A program made the translations under genes and the position numbers. A DNA stretch of 64,000 nucleotides, from NCBI GenBank assembly GCA_963770895.1, contig CAVYRF010000002.1, positions 5,216,001 through 5,280,000 of the forward strand. The letters run 5' to 3'. Every line of letters starts with the position of its first letter. Within the stretch, counting starts at the first letter, position 1. Below the pieces are notes generated by a model. That model did not search any database and was not told the DNA's origin. It saw only the letters and a list, made by a program, of their open reading frames with translations. The stretch comes from an uncultured Acidobacteriota bacterium (lineage in GTDB: Bacteria > Acidobacteriota > Thermoanaerobaculia > Multivoradales > UBA5704). Positions 42,711 through 52,917 of the stretch are shown in pieces.

Positions 42711-44381
42711 ATGTCGGAGGCGGAACTCATTCTCGGGTGGCAAGTCACACCTAACCTAGATCCCAGATATTGGTTTTCGCCGGATGCAATGTGCGGGAAG
42801 CAAGCAGATGCGGATCTTTTCAAGGTTCCCGCAGGCGAAATGGCTGCGCACACAGCGATTATCGCTCAATCGGGATCGGGCAAGTCATTCTTCTTGGGTC
42901 GTATAGTGGAAGAGATTGCCCTCCGCACGCGAGCTCGGTGCCTGATCCTCGATCCCAATGCTGACTTTAGGCGCCTTCACGAGGTGGAAGGTGCCGAGTT
43001 GTGGAGTACTGGCCGCTATACCTCGGCGTCGCGATCCGGCAAGTTGTGCCATGAACCATCGCGCGCCGAATTTGCGAATGCCTGGTCTGAGATCAAGGTT
43101 GAGGTGCTCAGCGCGACTCGATCAAGGGAGGGCGTCGCAACCAAGCCTCTGCGCTTCAGCTGGCCATCCGTTTCCGCCGAATTCCTTGCTGAGGACTTGG
43201 GTCCTGCCCAACGGAGTGAGCTGGAGAATCTGCATGCTTTCGTCAAGATCATATACGACGCCCTGTCTCTCGGCTCGACTGATCACAGAAAAACAGATGA
43301 TTATCTCCGCAAGGCCGAGATGCTGCTGAATCTCGCCATAGCCAATCCAGCGGATTTCGAGACAGCCGTCAAAGACCTAAGTAGGGCCGAATTTCATGAT
43401 GCCTCATCTTTGCAATCTTCTGTCCTATTGCGCTTGGGGCTGTTTCGAACCTCCTCCCTGATGACAAGGCGCCGGTCGATCGATCATTTGGTAAAGGGAG
43501 CATTGGCAGCCGCGCGATATGTAAGCGATGACACGCGGCGGTTTTATTTCGGCAAATTAAGCAGCATCCTGGCCGCGGGGATAATCCAGACCGGAATCAG
43601 CGATGAGGAAGGCGCAAGTGCGACCGAAGCTGATGCCAGGATATCGGTGATAGACTTGCCGTCCATCGCTCACTTATCTACGCGGTTATTGGCCGTAAAC
43701 GCTTGCATAAAGTCTCAATGGGATGCAGCCAGAGCTGCTTGGGATGAAGCATTGCAACACCTCCCCGTCGATGATGCGCGGGTGCCAACCTTCATCGTAG
43801 TTGACGAAGCCCATAACGTTATACCACGCGAGCAGCGCAATCGCGCCGAATACGCACTGCGGGAGCAGTTTCGCACCATAGTAGCAGAGGGCCGCAAATA
43901 TGGCCTGTTTTTGATCCTCGTTAGCCAGCGACCCGACAAGCTGGATCCTTTGATCGTGTCAGAGTGTGAAAACCGCGCAATCATGAAGCTCAGCTCGCGC
44001 AGCGCCTTGGATGTCACCAGGGAAATGCTTGCCCTGGAAGACATTCCGCCCAACGTCCTGGCCAAATGTTTGGAGCTGCCGGTCGGGCGGGTGCTAATGG
44101 TGGGAAGTTGGGCTAAAGACGGTCCTCAATTTCTTTACTCTGCCGCAAGGCGCACAGTAGAGGGTGGCCGCAATCTGCGACGTGAAAAGTGGGCTGTCGC
44201 CCCTGCGCGCCCTTCGCCAGCGACACAGCAACAACTAGCGGCAGCGCCGCAAGAGGTCGAGAGAAAAGCCGCGGAAAGTGGTGCTATTTCGGCCAAGAAG
44301 CCGCCATCGAAGCGGCAAGCGCAAAAAAAGAGGCCGATATCCGCGCGCACTCCCAAGCGCACGCTGTCTAAGTCGTCCTGA
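42711..44381 (+). CDS. HerA/FtsK-like (DUF87) ATPase
   Basis: AIIAQSGSGKS, ILDPNADF, IVVDEAH, EGRKYGLFLILVSQRP; start may be 42678. Confidence 0.85.
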   Translation: MSEAELILGWQVTPNLDPRYWFSPDAMCGKQADADLFKVPAGEMAAHTAIIAQSGSGKSFFLGRIVEEIALRTRARCLILDPNADFRRLHEVEGAELWSTGRYTSASRSGKLCHEPSRAEFANAWSEIKVEVLSATRSREGVATKPLRFSWPSVSAEFLAEDLGPAQRSELENLHAFVKIIYDALSLGSTDHRKTDDYLRKAEMLLNLAIANPADFETAVKDLSRAEFHDASSLQSSVLLRLGLFRTSSLMTRRRSIDHLVKGALAAARYVSDDTRRFYFGKLSSILAAGIIQTGISDEEGASATEADARISVIDLPSIAHLSTRLLAVNACIKSQWDAARAAWDEALQHLPVDDARVPTFIVVDEAHNVIPREQRNRAEYALREQFRTIVAEGRKYGLFLILVSQRPDKLDPLIVSECENRAIMKLSSRSALDVTREMLALEDIPPNVLAKCLELPVGRVLMVGSWAKDGPQFLYSAARRTVEGGRNLRREKWAVAPARPSPATQQQLAAAPQEVERKAAESGAISAKKPPSKRQAQKKRPISARTPKRTLSKSS

Positions 44382-44525
44382 GTCGCTAAAACATCGATGT
44401 GACGAATGAAAGCGGTAGGGGGGTAGCGGACGATTCGCGGCAGGTGGCGGATCGTGACGTGCCCCCCTGAAACTGGCCAGGCGATAGAGTGAGTCCTCCG
44501 GCAAAGGCAGTGCCTGGAGGAAGCG

Positions 44526-44792
44526 ATGAGGAAGAGTCGATTCACGGAAGAGCAGATCATCCGGGTGTTGAAGGCGGCTGAAGCTGGGGAAAAAGCCACG
44601 GACCTGTGCCGGAAGCACGGCATCAGCGAGCAGACGTTCTACCGTTGGAAGGCCAAGTTTGGCGGTATGGACGTCAGCGAAGCGCGGCGCCTCAAGCAGC
44701 TGGAAGACGAGAACCGGCGCCTGAAGCATGCGGTGGCGGATCTGACCTTGGAGGCGCAGGCGCTGAAGGCGGCGCTGGCAAAAAAATGGTGA
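44526..44792 (+). CDS. IS3 transposase OrfA
   Basis: MRKSRFTEEQII..LCRKHGISEQTFYRWKAKFGGM. Confidence 0.95.
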   Translation: MRKSRFTEEQIIRVLKAAEAGEKATDLCRKHGISEQTFYRWKAKFGGMDVSEARRLKQLEDENRRLKHAVADLTLEAQALKAALAKKW

Positions 44793-45565
44793 AGCCCGCG
44801 GCCCGGCGCGAGGCAGCCACGTTCTTCCGGGAGGAGTATGGAACCAGCCAGGTGCGTGCCTGCGCAATGGCGAGCCTTCATCGCTCCACGTACGCCTATC
44901 GTAGCCAGGTGACGACAGAAGCTCAGGTCTTGCGCCGGCGGCTGCGCGAGCTTGCCGCAGAGCGGCCGCGGTACGGGTACCGGCGCTTGCATGTGCTTCT
45001 GGTCCGAGAGGGCCATGAGGTGAATCACAAGCGCGTGCACCGGCTCTATCGCGAGGAAGGCTTGATGGTGCGTCGGCGACTGCGCAAGCGTGTTTGCCGA
45101 GAGCAGCGCCAGCCTCTGGCACGAGCGGAGCGGCTGAACCAGTTTTGGTCGATGGATTTCATCGGCGACACCTTGGCCAACGGCAGAACCTTCCGCAGCC
45201 TCAACATCGTCGACCAGTGCAGCCGGGAATGCCTTGCTTTGGAGGTCGACAGCTCGTTGCCGGGCCTTCGGGTGACGCGGGTACTGGACCGTCTGGCCGG
45301 CCAGCGTGGCCTGCCGCAGACCCTGGTCGTGGATAACGGCCCGGAGTTCGCTGGAAAGGCCCTCGACCTCTGGGCTCACCAGAACAAGGTGCATCTCCAC
45401 TTCATCCGGCCTGGGCGGCCGATCGAGAATGCCTTTGTGGAAAGCTTCAACGGCCGTTTTCGGGACGAGTGCCTCAACCAGCACTGGTTCACCAGCCTCG
45501 CCGATGCTCGGGCCAAGATCGAGGCCTGGCGCGACGACTACAACGCCCAACGTCCCCATAGCGCG

Positions 45566-46969
45566 CTAGCAGCCCGTGGTGCAAGCCGGATTCTGACGGT
45601 GGGCCAGATCGCGGGGGGCCAGGGTGAAGCAGGTGATGAGATCGATCCGAGACATCCAGGATTGAAGCGATCTGGCGCAGGAGTCGGGCCGTAGGGCTTC
45701 GAGGAGCCCAAAACCAAGAGAAAGCCAGCGGCGGAGGCGTCCCTGAAGGCCGCGCGGCGTGCCATGGCCGATTCGCTGGCGCATCACCAAGCCGAGGTTG
45801 AAGGCTGCCTCGTGAATCAAGAGGCGCTTGAGGATGTTGGCGTGACCGCGCAGAAAAAGGCGCCGCAGACCGCCGGTTTCGTAGCTATGGGCCATGCTGC
45901 GCTCCACCTTCTCGCAGCGCCAGCGGGACAGCCTCTTGCCGCGATCCCCTCGCATCCGACGATGGTTGGCGTAGGTAGCTTTTTGTTCGGCAATCCGACC
46001 CCGCCACTTCCGGCGCGGTCGCTTGGGTTCCGCGATGTAGCTGCGCAGGCCGAGCTCCTGCATCCCCACCAGCACAGCGCCGCTGTGATAGCCCCGATCG
46101 GCCACGACCTCCCGCAGCACTTGCGGGGACAAAGTGATCGAATCGGGGAGGGCCGCCAGATTCTCCAGCGTTTCGCTCAGGGTCTGCTCGTAGCTCTGCG
46201 TGTCCCCTCGATCCGCCGGCTGGAGGGTCACCGCGACGACCGCTCCGGTCTCCAGATCCACGGCGTGCTCTGCTTTGTGCGCCAGATGGGTCCGGCCATC
46301 TTTCATCTTGGTGATCTTGGCGTCAGGATCGTGCGGGTTCGTCCAATCGTCGTTCGACCCTTTCCCTTTTCGTTTCTTGTCTTTACGCGCCAGCTCCGCA
46401 CGTGTGGGCGTCGCTTGCCCGCTCTCTTGAGCCAGACGCTGGAGAAACTCCTTGTAGCCTTCCCCGGTGTCCCGCCGCACGATGCTCTTCATCGCCGCGT
46501 TGGCTTCCAAGGTCGTAGCGTCGACCCCGATTGTCTGCCCCCGCAGAAGGCCTTCCTGGCCCAAAATCCCCAGGACCCAGGCGAAGACCTCCTGATGCGT
46601 TTCCACGTCGATCAGACGCCGGTTGCGCGAAATCGTCGAATGATCCGGCGGGGCTTCCGACAGGCTCAAACCCAAGAAATCGCGCAGCGTCAGCGAATCC
46701 GACACCCGCCAGGCGATCCCCCGTTCCGAGTTGAGCCCTTCGAAATAGCCGATCAGAAGCAAGCGGAAGTAGGTGCCCGGCGGCAGCGACGGCCGGCCCA
46801 TCCGCTCCGCATAGAAGCCCTGGCACTGTGCCTCCACGAAGCCGTCGAACCCGTGCTGCTCAAGAACCCGGTTCAAGCGTTCGTAGAACGGATGGCCAGG
46901 ACCGCGGGCCAGGTCGCCCGTCGCGATCCACATGTCCCCTTGCCGGCCCTTCTTCTTGCCCATCGCCAT
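45566..46969 (-). CDS. IS1182/IS5-like transposase (DUF772 plus DDE)
   Basis: GRPSLPP, PDHSTISR, VDATTLEANA, ADRGYHS, VERS; the stop TAG comes from the TSD. Confidence 0.9.
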   Translation of the reverse strand: MAMGKKKGRQGDMWIATGDLARGPGHPFYERLNRVLEQHGFDGFVEAQCQGFYAERMGRPSLPPGTYFRLLLIGYFEGLNSERGIAWRVSDSLTLRDFLGLSLSEAPPDHSTISRNRRLIDVETHQEVFAWVLGILGQEGLLRGQTIGVDATTLEANAAMKSIVRRDTGEGYKEFLQRLAQESGQATPTRAELARKDKKRKGKGSNDDWTNPHDPDAKITKMKDGRTHLAHKAEHAVDLETGAVVAVTLQPADRGDTQSYEQTLSETLENLAALPDSITLSPQVLREVVADRGYHSGAVLVGMQELGLRSYIAEPKRPRRKWRGRIAEQKATYANHRRMRGDRGKRLSRWRCEKVERSMAHSYETGGLRRLFLRGHANILKRLLIHEAAFNLGLVMRQRIGHGTPRGLQGRLRRWLSLGFGLLEALRPDSCARSLQSWMSRIDLITCFTLAPRDLAHRQNPACTTGC

Positions 46970-47045
46970 TCGGCAATCCTCCGCCAGTGTGACAAGTCTC
47001 TCAGGTGACACGACCCTCGACAACTACTACTTGCACCACGGGCTG
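45570..47045 (-). mobile_element. IS1182/IS5-like element nested in IS3
   Basis: Perfect 16-bp TIR CAGCCCGTGGTGCAAG; CTAG TSD at 45566-45569 and 47046-47049. Confidence 0.92.
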
Positions 47046-47195
47046 CTAGGTGATCGCACGCCCAGAGAGTTTGCCGTTTTGACCCAAGAGCTGCGAGAGC
47101 CTTCGTCTCTCGCAGCTCCCCCCGCCCCCTTGGCTGGGGCGTCTAACCCGCCGGCGACGACTCACCTTTCAGACTGACCGGTCATTGGGGGCAGG

Positions 47196-48368
47196 TCAAT
47201 GGCTATCGTCCTCGGACGCGAGTTTTCGACGCCCAACTTCAGCTCCTCTTCGGACCGAGGCAATAGTTGTCTCCACGTTACCCATAAAACGATCAAGCTC
47301 AGCACCAACTACCTTCGCTGTCCGAGTCAAGCCTCGTTCCAGCCCCTCCATTGACTTGAGACTCGTCCGCATCGCGCTGATGTTAGGTAGGGCGCCGCGC
47401 GCGGCCTGCTCTACTTGATCTAGAGTCGTCACGAAAGAAAGAAGGGCGTCGCGATCTTGAGCAGATTTTATCCTTCCGTGTGATATCATGAACTCGATGC
47501 TATCCTGAGTGGCCCGAGCAATTGCTTCGTAGTTGTCGTTTGTTGATGACAGCTCTTGACCGTACTGCACCAGCTCTCGACTGTACGCATTAGCGATGAA
47601 CCGAACGCTAGACAGTACTTGTTTTCCTTGGGTCGCCCTAGCAGTATCGATTCGCTTTGCATACTCGCTCGACTTTGTGCCTATTGAAAGCGTTGCAGCA
47701 GTGGATGAACCCAAAGCATTCACCAAGCGCTCGAAGCCCTCCGCAAGCCCTGCCGCATGGTCAAGCCAGCCGGCCTCTCCATCTCCGTCATCGTCGCCGT
47801 CTTCATCGGACGCGCTTTGGGGTTTTAGGGAGGGAGATCGAGGGCGGTTCTGTGGACGCTCGCCAGAGAAGTCGGAAACAGGACTCCCGAATTCCAGTGT
47901 ACCCCGGAACGCTTCCAAAGCTGTTTGCTGAAAGGATTCGCGCGCCCTTTGAATACGCGCAAAATGCGTGTCGTAAATTACGACCCTGTAAGATCGCAAA
48001 TCGAAGGGCAGTTCATCTATATTTTGGGTTAACAGTACGACAGGCGTTCCGAGGCCATGCGCTATACCTAGTTCATAGAAAACGTTGGCGTTGAGGCCTG
48101 TTAGGTCGGCTATAACTAGAGCGCTAGTCTTAATGCGCTGAACTATGTCTCTGAGTATATTGTTCTGGCCATATAGATCGTCGGCACGAGATACCGAGTA
48201 GCCTACCCCTTCGAGGACAGGTAATATAAACTCGCGATACACCTCGTCAAGCTCGGCGTCAAAGGGCATTATTACGAATGCCGCTGGCGCCTCGTTGTCA
48301 TTAGTCATAGTTGGCGTCATGAGCTGTTGCTCCGGCACTTCAGGGGCCGCGAGCATGCCTCCTCCCAC
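47196..48368 (-). CDS. Nucleoside 2-deoxyribosyltransferase (NDT)-like domain plus helical region; 3' end set by the IS3 terminus
   Basis: AFVIMPF..RADD..IADLTGLNANVFYELGIAHG..LPFDL; stop TGA is the IS3 end; true start may be 48320 or 48356. Confidence 0.8.
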   Translation of the reverse strand: MGGGMLAAPEVPEQQLMTPTMTNDNEAPAAFVIMPFDAELDEVYREFILPVLEGVGYSVSRADDLYGQNNILRDIVQRIKTSALVIADLTGLNANVFYELGIAHGLGTPVVLLTQNIDELPFDLRSYRVVIYDTHFARIQRARESFQQTALEAFRGTLEFGSPVSDFSGERPQNRPRSPSLKPQSASDEDGDDDGDGEAGWLDHAAGLAEGFERLVNALGSSTAATLSIGTKSSEYAKRIDTARATQGKQVLSSVRFIANAYSRELVQYGQELSSTNDNYEAIARATQDSIEFMISHGRIKSAQDRDALLSFVTTLDQVEQAARGALPNISAMRTSLKSMEGLERGLTRTAKVVGAELDRFMGNVETTIASVRRGAEVGRRKLASEDDSH

Positions 48369-48563
48369 TCCCTCAACAATCTAATTGTATATGGTAGGTA
48401 CAAACTGATGGAAATTACAATCTCATAACCCAATGGCTATGCAGCTATTTGCGTCGGTCAGCCAGCCCCGTCTTCGACCGCCGGGCCTGCCACCTTCACA
48501 GGCCCGGACGGTTTGACGGTTGAGGATTGGTGACGTTGACGCGGGGGGTGCGGTGGGCTGGTC

Positions 48564-48863
48564 CTACTCGTGCAGCGTGGTCGCCACAATTTCAAGCTGC
48601 CGCCGGAACGGACTCGGCTCCTTGGGCGCCTTGAACACCATGCGGAAGAACTCGGCGGGCGCCATGTCCACCGCTTCTACGATTGCCAGCACTTGCCACA
48701 GCCGCAGGTCGGTCCTGCCGGTTAGAGCGCGCTGCACGTCGCATGTGAAGCCCCGACCCTGAAGGCGGCGGGACATCTCCACCCGACTTACCCCTGCCAA
48801 TCCAACGAGACGACAAAGCGCCTGGCGCGACCGCTCGGCGTCCGGGTGGCGGCCAGTGGTCAT
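48564..48863 (-). CDS. Small HTH-like protein
   Basis: GVSRVEMSRRL..VQRALTGRTDLRLWQVLAIVEAVDMAPAEFF; ATGA-coupled to the upstream gene. Confidence 0.65.
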   Translation of the reverse strand: MTTGRHPDAERSRQALCRLVGLAGVSRVEMSRRLQGRGFTCDVQRALTGRTDLRLWQVLAIVEAVDMAPAEFFRMVFKAPKEPSPFRRQLEIVATTLHE

Positions 48864-49225
48864 GACAGCCTCCCTTCGATCGACTCCGCGATGGCGCCGA
48901 CCTTCCCGGCGAGCTTGCCGGCGAACCGGGCCAGATCGTCGTCCGGCGGCGGGAGCGATGAGGCGCTGTGCGCATCGCCGATCATGGCAAGGTAGCCTTC
49001 GAGATACCTGAGATCGGCAGCGGCGGCGCGCAGCTCGTCGCGGGTCGGAGACTCGGTGAAAGGCGCGCGTGTCGTCTCCAGAGCGTATAGGTACAGCATT
49101 CTGCTGAGACGGCGGATCGCCTTCCGGTCCTTCGCGTTGTCGATGCTGCGCATGGTGGTTTCCCGGATCGAGGCTGCCTCGGTCCAGGTGGGGGGCGGAG
49201 TGGTAGATTTGTGGCGGTTGCGCAT
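48860..49225 (-). CDS. Hypothetical protein, paralog of the gene starting at 51605
   Basis: Shared STxPPPxW..RETT..RAAxAxLRxxEG..LARFAGK; AAAGGA RBS. Confidence 0.7.
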   Translation of the reverse strand: MRNRHKSTTPPPTWTEAASIRETTMRSIDNAKDRKAIRRLSRMLYLYALETTRAPFTESPTRDELRAAAADLRYLEGYLAMIGDAHSASSLPPPDDDLARFAGKLAGKVGAIAESIEGRLS

Positions 49226-49250
49226 TGGGCTTGGTCCTTTGCGTGACTAG

Positions 49251-49284
49251 GCTCCGGTAGGAGTTAGCCGCTCTTGCCGGGGCC
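49251..49284. terminator. 14-bp stem-loop used as the group IIC intron target
   Basis: GGCTCCGGTAGGAG pairs with CTCTTGCCGGGGCC (with G-T pairs); ends about 3 nt before the intron start; no clear U-tract. Confidence 0.55.
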
Positions 49285-49287
49285 GCT

Positions 49288-51144
49288 GTGTGCCCAGCAT
49301 GGGCGTGACTTGGAGGTGCAAGTCCTCTGGGGAACCTGGTCGCAGGGACCCCGAGCGAACCGCAAGGCGACCGGCCGCGAGGCCGGCGCTGAAAGAAGCG
49401 GTAGCGAAACCGCGGGTTGACGAACAGAAACCGGATAGGAGGCGGCGCAAGCCGGGGCGAGCGGGCAGCGAACCGCGAAGCTCCTGCGACCAAGGGCGAG
49501 CGCCGTAAATCCGGCAGCCGTGCGGGGAAAGCCACGACCCTTACCTGGGGAGGTCTCGCCTGACGCCTGAAAGGGCGACGCCGCAGGGCGGAGCGAGAAG
49601 TCAGCAGAGGTCATAGTAGCCGGGGAGGCGGGAGGGGAGAGGCGAAGGACCGAACGGGGAGGAGAGAGCAACGACCATGGGTCTCGAAGGTGCACGGCGC
49701 CAGATGACCGGGCAACTGGAACTCCCGTTCGAACCAAGGGGTGAAGCCCCGCGAGGAGAGCGGAGTGGCGAAGCACCGACGGCGAGTCAGGGAGACGAGC
49801 GCTCAGGGACCGACCGCCTAATGGAACAGGTGGTGGAGCGGGGCAACGCGAAAGCGGCGTTGCGGCGAGTGAAGCAGAACCACGGAAGTCCTGGCATCGA
49901 TGGGATGACGGTGGGAGAGCTGTCAGCTCACCTGGTGAAGCAATGGGAAAGTATCCGGGCACAACTCCTGACCGGGACTTACCAGCCGCAGCCGGTGAAG
50001 CGGCAGCCGATTCCAAAGGCGGGAGGAGGAGTCCGGGAGTTGGGGATTCCGACCGTGCTCGACCGTTTCATCCAGCAGTGCATCTTGCAGGTTCTTCAGC
50101 CGCGCTTTGATCCGACTTTCTCTGAGCACAGCTACGGCTTCCGACCTGGGCGGCGAGCGCACGACGCCGTGCGAGCGGCGCAGAAGTTCATCCAGGAAGG
50201 GCGCCGTTGGGTCGTGGACGTGGACCTGGCGAAATTCTTCGACCGGGTAAATCACGATGTGCTCATGAGCAGGCTGGCCCATCGAATCGCGGACAAGCGC
50301 ATGCTGGGACTGATTCGTCGTTACCTTGAGGCCGGAATTCTGGCCGAAGGGGTGACGAAGGAGCGGCACGAGGGGACTCCTCAGGGAGGTCCTCTCAGCC
50401 CGCTACTGGCAAACGTGCTCCTCGACGAAGTGGATCGGGAGCTGGAAAAGCGCGGACACGCCTTCGTGCGTTACGCCGACGACAGCAATGTGTATGTGCG
50501 GTCCCGGCGTGCCGGCGAACGAGTCCTTGGGACTCTTCGGCGGCTCTATTCGCAACTCCGGCTCCAGATCAACGAAGGGAAGAGCGCGGTGGCGCGGCCA
50601 TGGGATCGCAAGTTCCTGGGCTACAGCTTCTGGATAGCCCCCGGACGCGTGATTCGCTGTCGCGTCGCACCCGAAGCTTTGGAGGCGATGAAGACGCGGG
50701 TACGGCACATCACCGGCCGCAGCGAGGGCCGGAGCATCGACTTGGTGGCTGCGAGCCTCCGAGAATATCTGACCGGCTGGAAAGAATACTTCAGTCTGGC
50801 AGATGGCCGGCAAAAGCTCACCAGCATCGACAAGTGGATCCGTCGTCGCCTGCGTATGGTCCAGCTCAAGCAGTGGAAACGAGGTGCCACGACCTACCGA
50901 GAGCTGCGCAGGCGGGGCGTTCCCGAACGCGAAGCCTCCTGGTCGAGTGCCCACGCCCGCAGCTGGTGGAGGACCGCCAAGAACACCGCCCTCAACATGG
51001 CCCTGCCAACGAGCTACTACGACCGACTGGGAATACCCAGGCTTGCCCCGTAACCTCAACTCCTCGAACCGCCGGATGCGGACCCGCATGTCCGGTGGTG
51101 TGGGAGGGGAACGGCGGGGATGACCCGCCGTCCCCTATCCCGAT
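49288..51144 (+). mobile_element. Group IIC intron, apparently complete
   Basis: 5' GTGTGCCCAGCATGGGCG; domain V GAACCGCCGGATGCGGACCCGCATGTCCGGTGG; domain VI ending ATCCCGAT; inserted after a hairpin. Confidence 0.92.
49677..51053 (+). CDS. ltrA: Group II intron reverse transcriptase/maturase without endonuclease domain
   Basis: PGIDG, LGIPTVLDR, SYGFRP, GTPQGGPLSP, RYADD, FLGY. Confidence 0.95.
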   Translation: MGLEGARRQMTGQLELPFEPRGEAPRGERSGEAPTASQGDERSGTDRLMEQVVERGNAKAALRRVKQNHGSPGIDGMTVGELSAHLVKQWESIRAQLLTGTYQPQPVKRQPIPKAGGGVRELGIPTVLDRFIQQCILQVLQPRFDPTFSEHSYGFRPGRRAHDAVRAAQKFIQEGRRWVVDVDLAKFFDRVNHDVLMSRLAHRIADKRMLGLIRRYLEAGILAEGVTKERHEGTPQGGPLSPLLANVLLDEVDRELEKRGHAFVRYADDSNVYVRSRRAGERVLGTLRRLYSQLRLQINEGKSAVARPWDRKFLGYSFWIAPGRVIRCRVAPEALEAMKTRVRHITGRSEGRSIDLVAASLREYLTGWKEYFSLADGRQKLTSIDKWIRRRLRMVQLKQWKRGATTYRELRRRGVPEREASWSSAHARSWWRTAKNTALNMALPTSYYDRLGIPRLAP

Positions 51145-51239
51145 TCTAGGGAATGGGGGGCGCGATGCCCCCCTCTGTGTCTCTGGACTACTCGACTGCG
51201 ATCACCTCTCTGCCTTGTCGCCGGCTCAGGTGGCGACCG

Positions 51240-51605
51240 GCCGCAGTCGCGCTCGACGGCGGCGACAATTGCACTTACCTGCACGGCCATCTTGCCGGCG
51301 AAACGGGCAAGACGGGCTTCCTGGGGTTCGAGGCACTATTCCTCTGCCGCCTGGCGCATCGAGAGGAAGAACCCCTCGATGAAGCGCAGCTCGGCCAGGG
51401 CGGCGCGCATCTCCTCGTGGCTGGTGGACTCGTCGCCGGGGAACTCGGCCGTCACGATCGCCATGTCGTAGATCATCCGGCCAACCTGGCGCAGCGCCTC
51501 TCGCGATACCGGATCGTCAACGCAGATGAGGGTCGTTTCCCGGAAGGAATCGGCGGCGTTCCAGGGTGGCGGTGGGGGCGGGGTAGACTGGTTGCAGCTC
51601 TGCAT
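51240..51605 (-). pseudogene. Paralog of 48860-49225 with an internal amber stop
   Basis: After TAG 51336-51338 the frame continues CLEPQEARLARFAGKMAVQVSAIVAAVER, matching DDDLARFAGKLAGKVGAIAESIE. Confidence 0.7.
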
Positions 51606-51706
51606 GAGGCTGTTCCTCCTGCTGGGTTAGGCGTCGGTCGGGGCTGTACACCCTGCCCGGCGCCGCTTGTAAGGAAATGGAGCGGCACGATACCGCCCCG
51701 CTTGCT

Positions 51707-52906
51707 TCAGGGCTTCTTGAAGGGGATCACCTCCCCGGCCGGCTGGCCGTTGAGATCGGCGGCGATCTGGCTGGAGATCCGCGCGGCGGCGGCGCGGCGT
51801 GGGTCGTCGTCCAAGTGCGCGTAACGTGCGGTTGTCGCCGGGTGGCGGTGGCCGAGGATGGCGCCAAGCACCGGCAGCCCGAGATTGGCTGCTACGCCCA
51901 CGGAGGCAAATCCGTGGCGAAGGTCATGCAGTCGGACATCCCCCAGGCCGGCCCGCTCGCGGATGCGCGCCCAGGGCCGCTGTAGGCCCACGAAGCGCCC
52001 ATTCGGCCGGCGGCCGGGGATGACATAGGGGCTGCCCTCCAAGCGCGGCGCAGCGGCCAGCAGCTCGGCCGGCGCCGGGCCGAGCGGGATGGACTTCTTG
52101 CCGGTCTTGCTGTCGGGCAGGTTGAGGGTGCCGGTGTCGAGATCCACGTCCTGCCAGCGCAGATCGAGGATCTCGTTGCGCCGAGCGCCGGTCAGCAGGA
52201 GCAGCCGGATTGCCAGGACCGCGGCCGGGTCCTCCGAGCCGTCCTGCTCGACCGCGGAGAGCGCCTCGCCGAGCCGGCGCAGCTCAGCACCAGACATGAA
52301 GCGCTCGCGCCTGTTCTCGCGAAAGCGGGCGATCCTCGGGCAGGGGTTCGAATGGAGCGGCCGAAGTCCCCACGTCTCGGCCAGGTTGAGCATCTTGCTC
52401 ACCAAGGCGAGGACGCGGTTGGCCTGTACCGGCTTCTCCCGCAGGCTGTGGTGCAGGTCGGAAACCTCCTTCAGCCCGACCGCGGCAACCTTCCGCCGCC
52501 GGAGCGCCGGCAGGACGTAGAGCCGCAAGCTCCGCTCATCGGCTTCGATGCTGGCCGGCTTCTTCTTCGGCCCGGCATGCTCCTCCAGGTAGCGGCGGGC
52601 GAGATCGGCGAACGTCGGCGCGGTCTTCTCGTCTGCCCGCTCGGCCGCCGGGTCCTCGCCGCGGGCTACTCGGCCGAGGATTTCTCTCGCGCGGTCCCGC
52701 GCCTGGTCAACGGTGACGGGGCCGAACTCGCCCAGCGTCAGCCGCCGGGTCCGGCGCTCCCGCATCCACTCGACGGCAAACCACTGGCGCCCGCTGGACC
52801 GCACCCGGACTACGAAGCCGCGCAGCTCGGTATCCCACACCTTGACCTCGCCGGCTGCCGGCGGCGGCAGGGAGTCGAGCAGGCGTTTGGTGATCTTGGC
52901 TCGCAT
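51707..52906 (-). CDS. int: Tyrosine integrase of element B
   Basis: Same catalytic motifs and long identical stretches versus 36748-37977. Confidence 0.95.
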   Translation of the reverse strand: MRAKITKRLLDSLPPPAAGEVKVWDTELRGFVVRVRSSGRQWFAVEWMRERRTRRLTLGEFGPVTVDQARDRAREILGRVARGEDPAAERADEKTAPTFADLARRYLEEHAGPKKKPASIEADERSLRLYVLPALRRRKVAAVGLKEVSDLHHSLREKPVQANRVLALVSKMLNLAETWGLRPLHSNPCPRIARFRENRRERFMSGAELRRLGEALSAVEQDGSEDPAAVLAIRLLLLTGARRNEILDLRWQDVDLDTGTLNLPDSKTGKKSIPLGPAPAELLAAAPRLEGSPYVIPGRRPNGRFVGLQRPWARIRERAGLGDVRLHDLRHGFASVGVAANLGLPVLGAILGHRHPATTARYAHLDDDPRRAAAARISSQIAADLNGQPAGEVIPFKKP

Positions 52907-52917
52907 GGATCGGGTCG

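Larger units (their letters stand above)
44789..47177 (+). pseudogene. IS3 transposase OrfB, interrupted near its 3' end
   Basis: YGYRR, WSMDF, DNGPEF, ESFNGRFRDE; RPHSAL-GDRTPREF is restored once the nested IS is removed. Confidence 0.9.
44455..47198 (+). mobile_element. IS3-family element containing a nested IS
   Basis: Ends TGACGTGCCCCC and GGGGGCAGGTCA; orfA/orfB with an A7 slippery site at the orfA end; no clean TSD. Confidence 0.9.

Noticed and set aside
30192-51053. Diversity-generating retroelement or novel RT class
   Set aside because: Both RTs fit known classes (retron with ncRNA; group IIC intron with boundaries), and no template/variable repeat pair was seen.
51336-51338. Programmed amber readthrough (also the TAG in the istA fragment near 9559)
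   Set aside because: TAG is a normal stop elsewhere in the window and no recoding machinery is visible; nonsense mutation is simpler.
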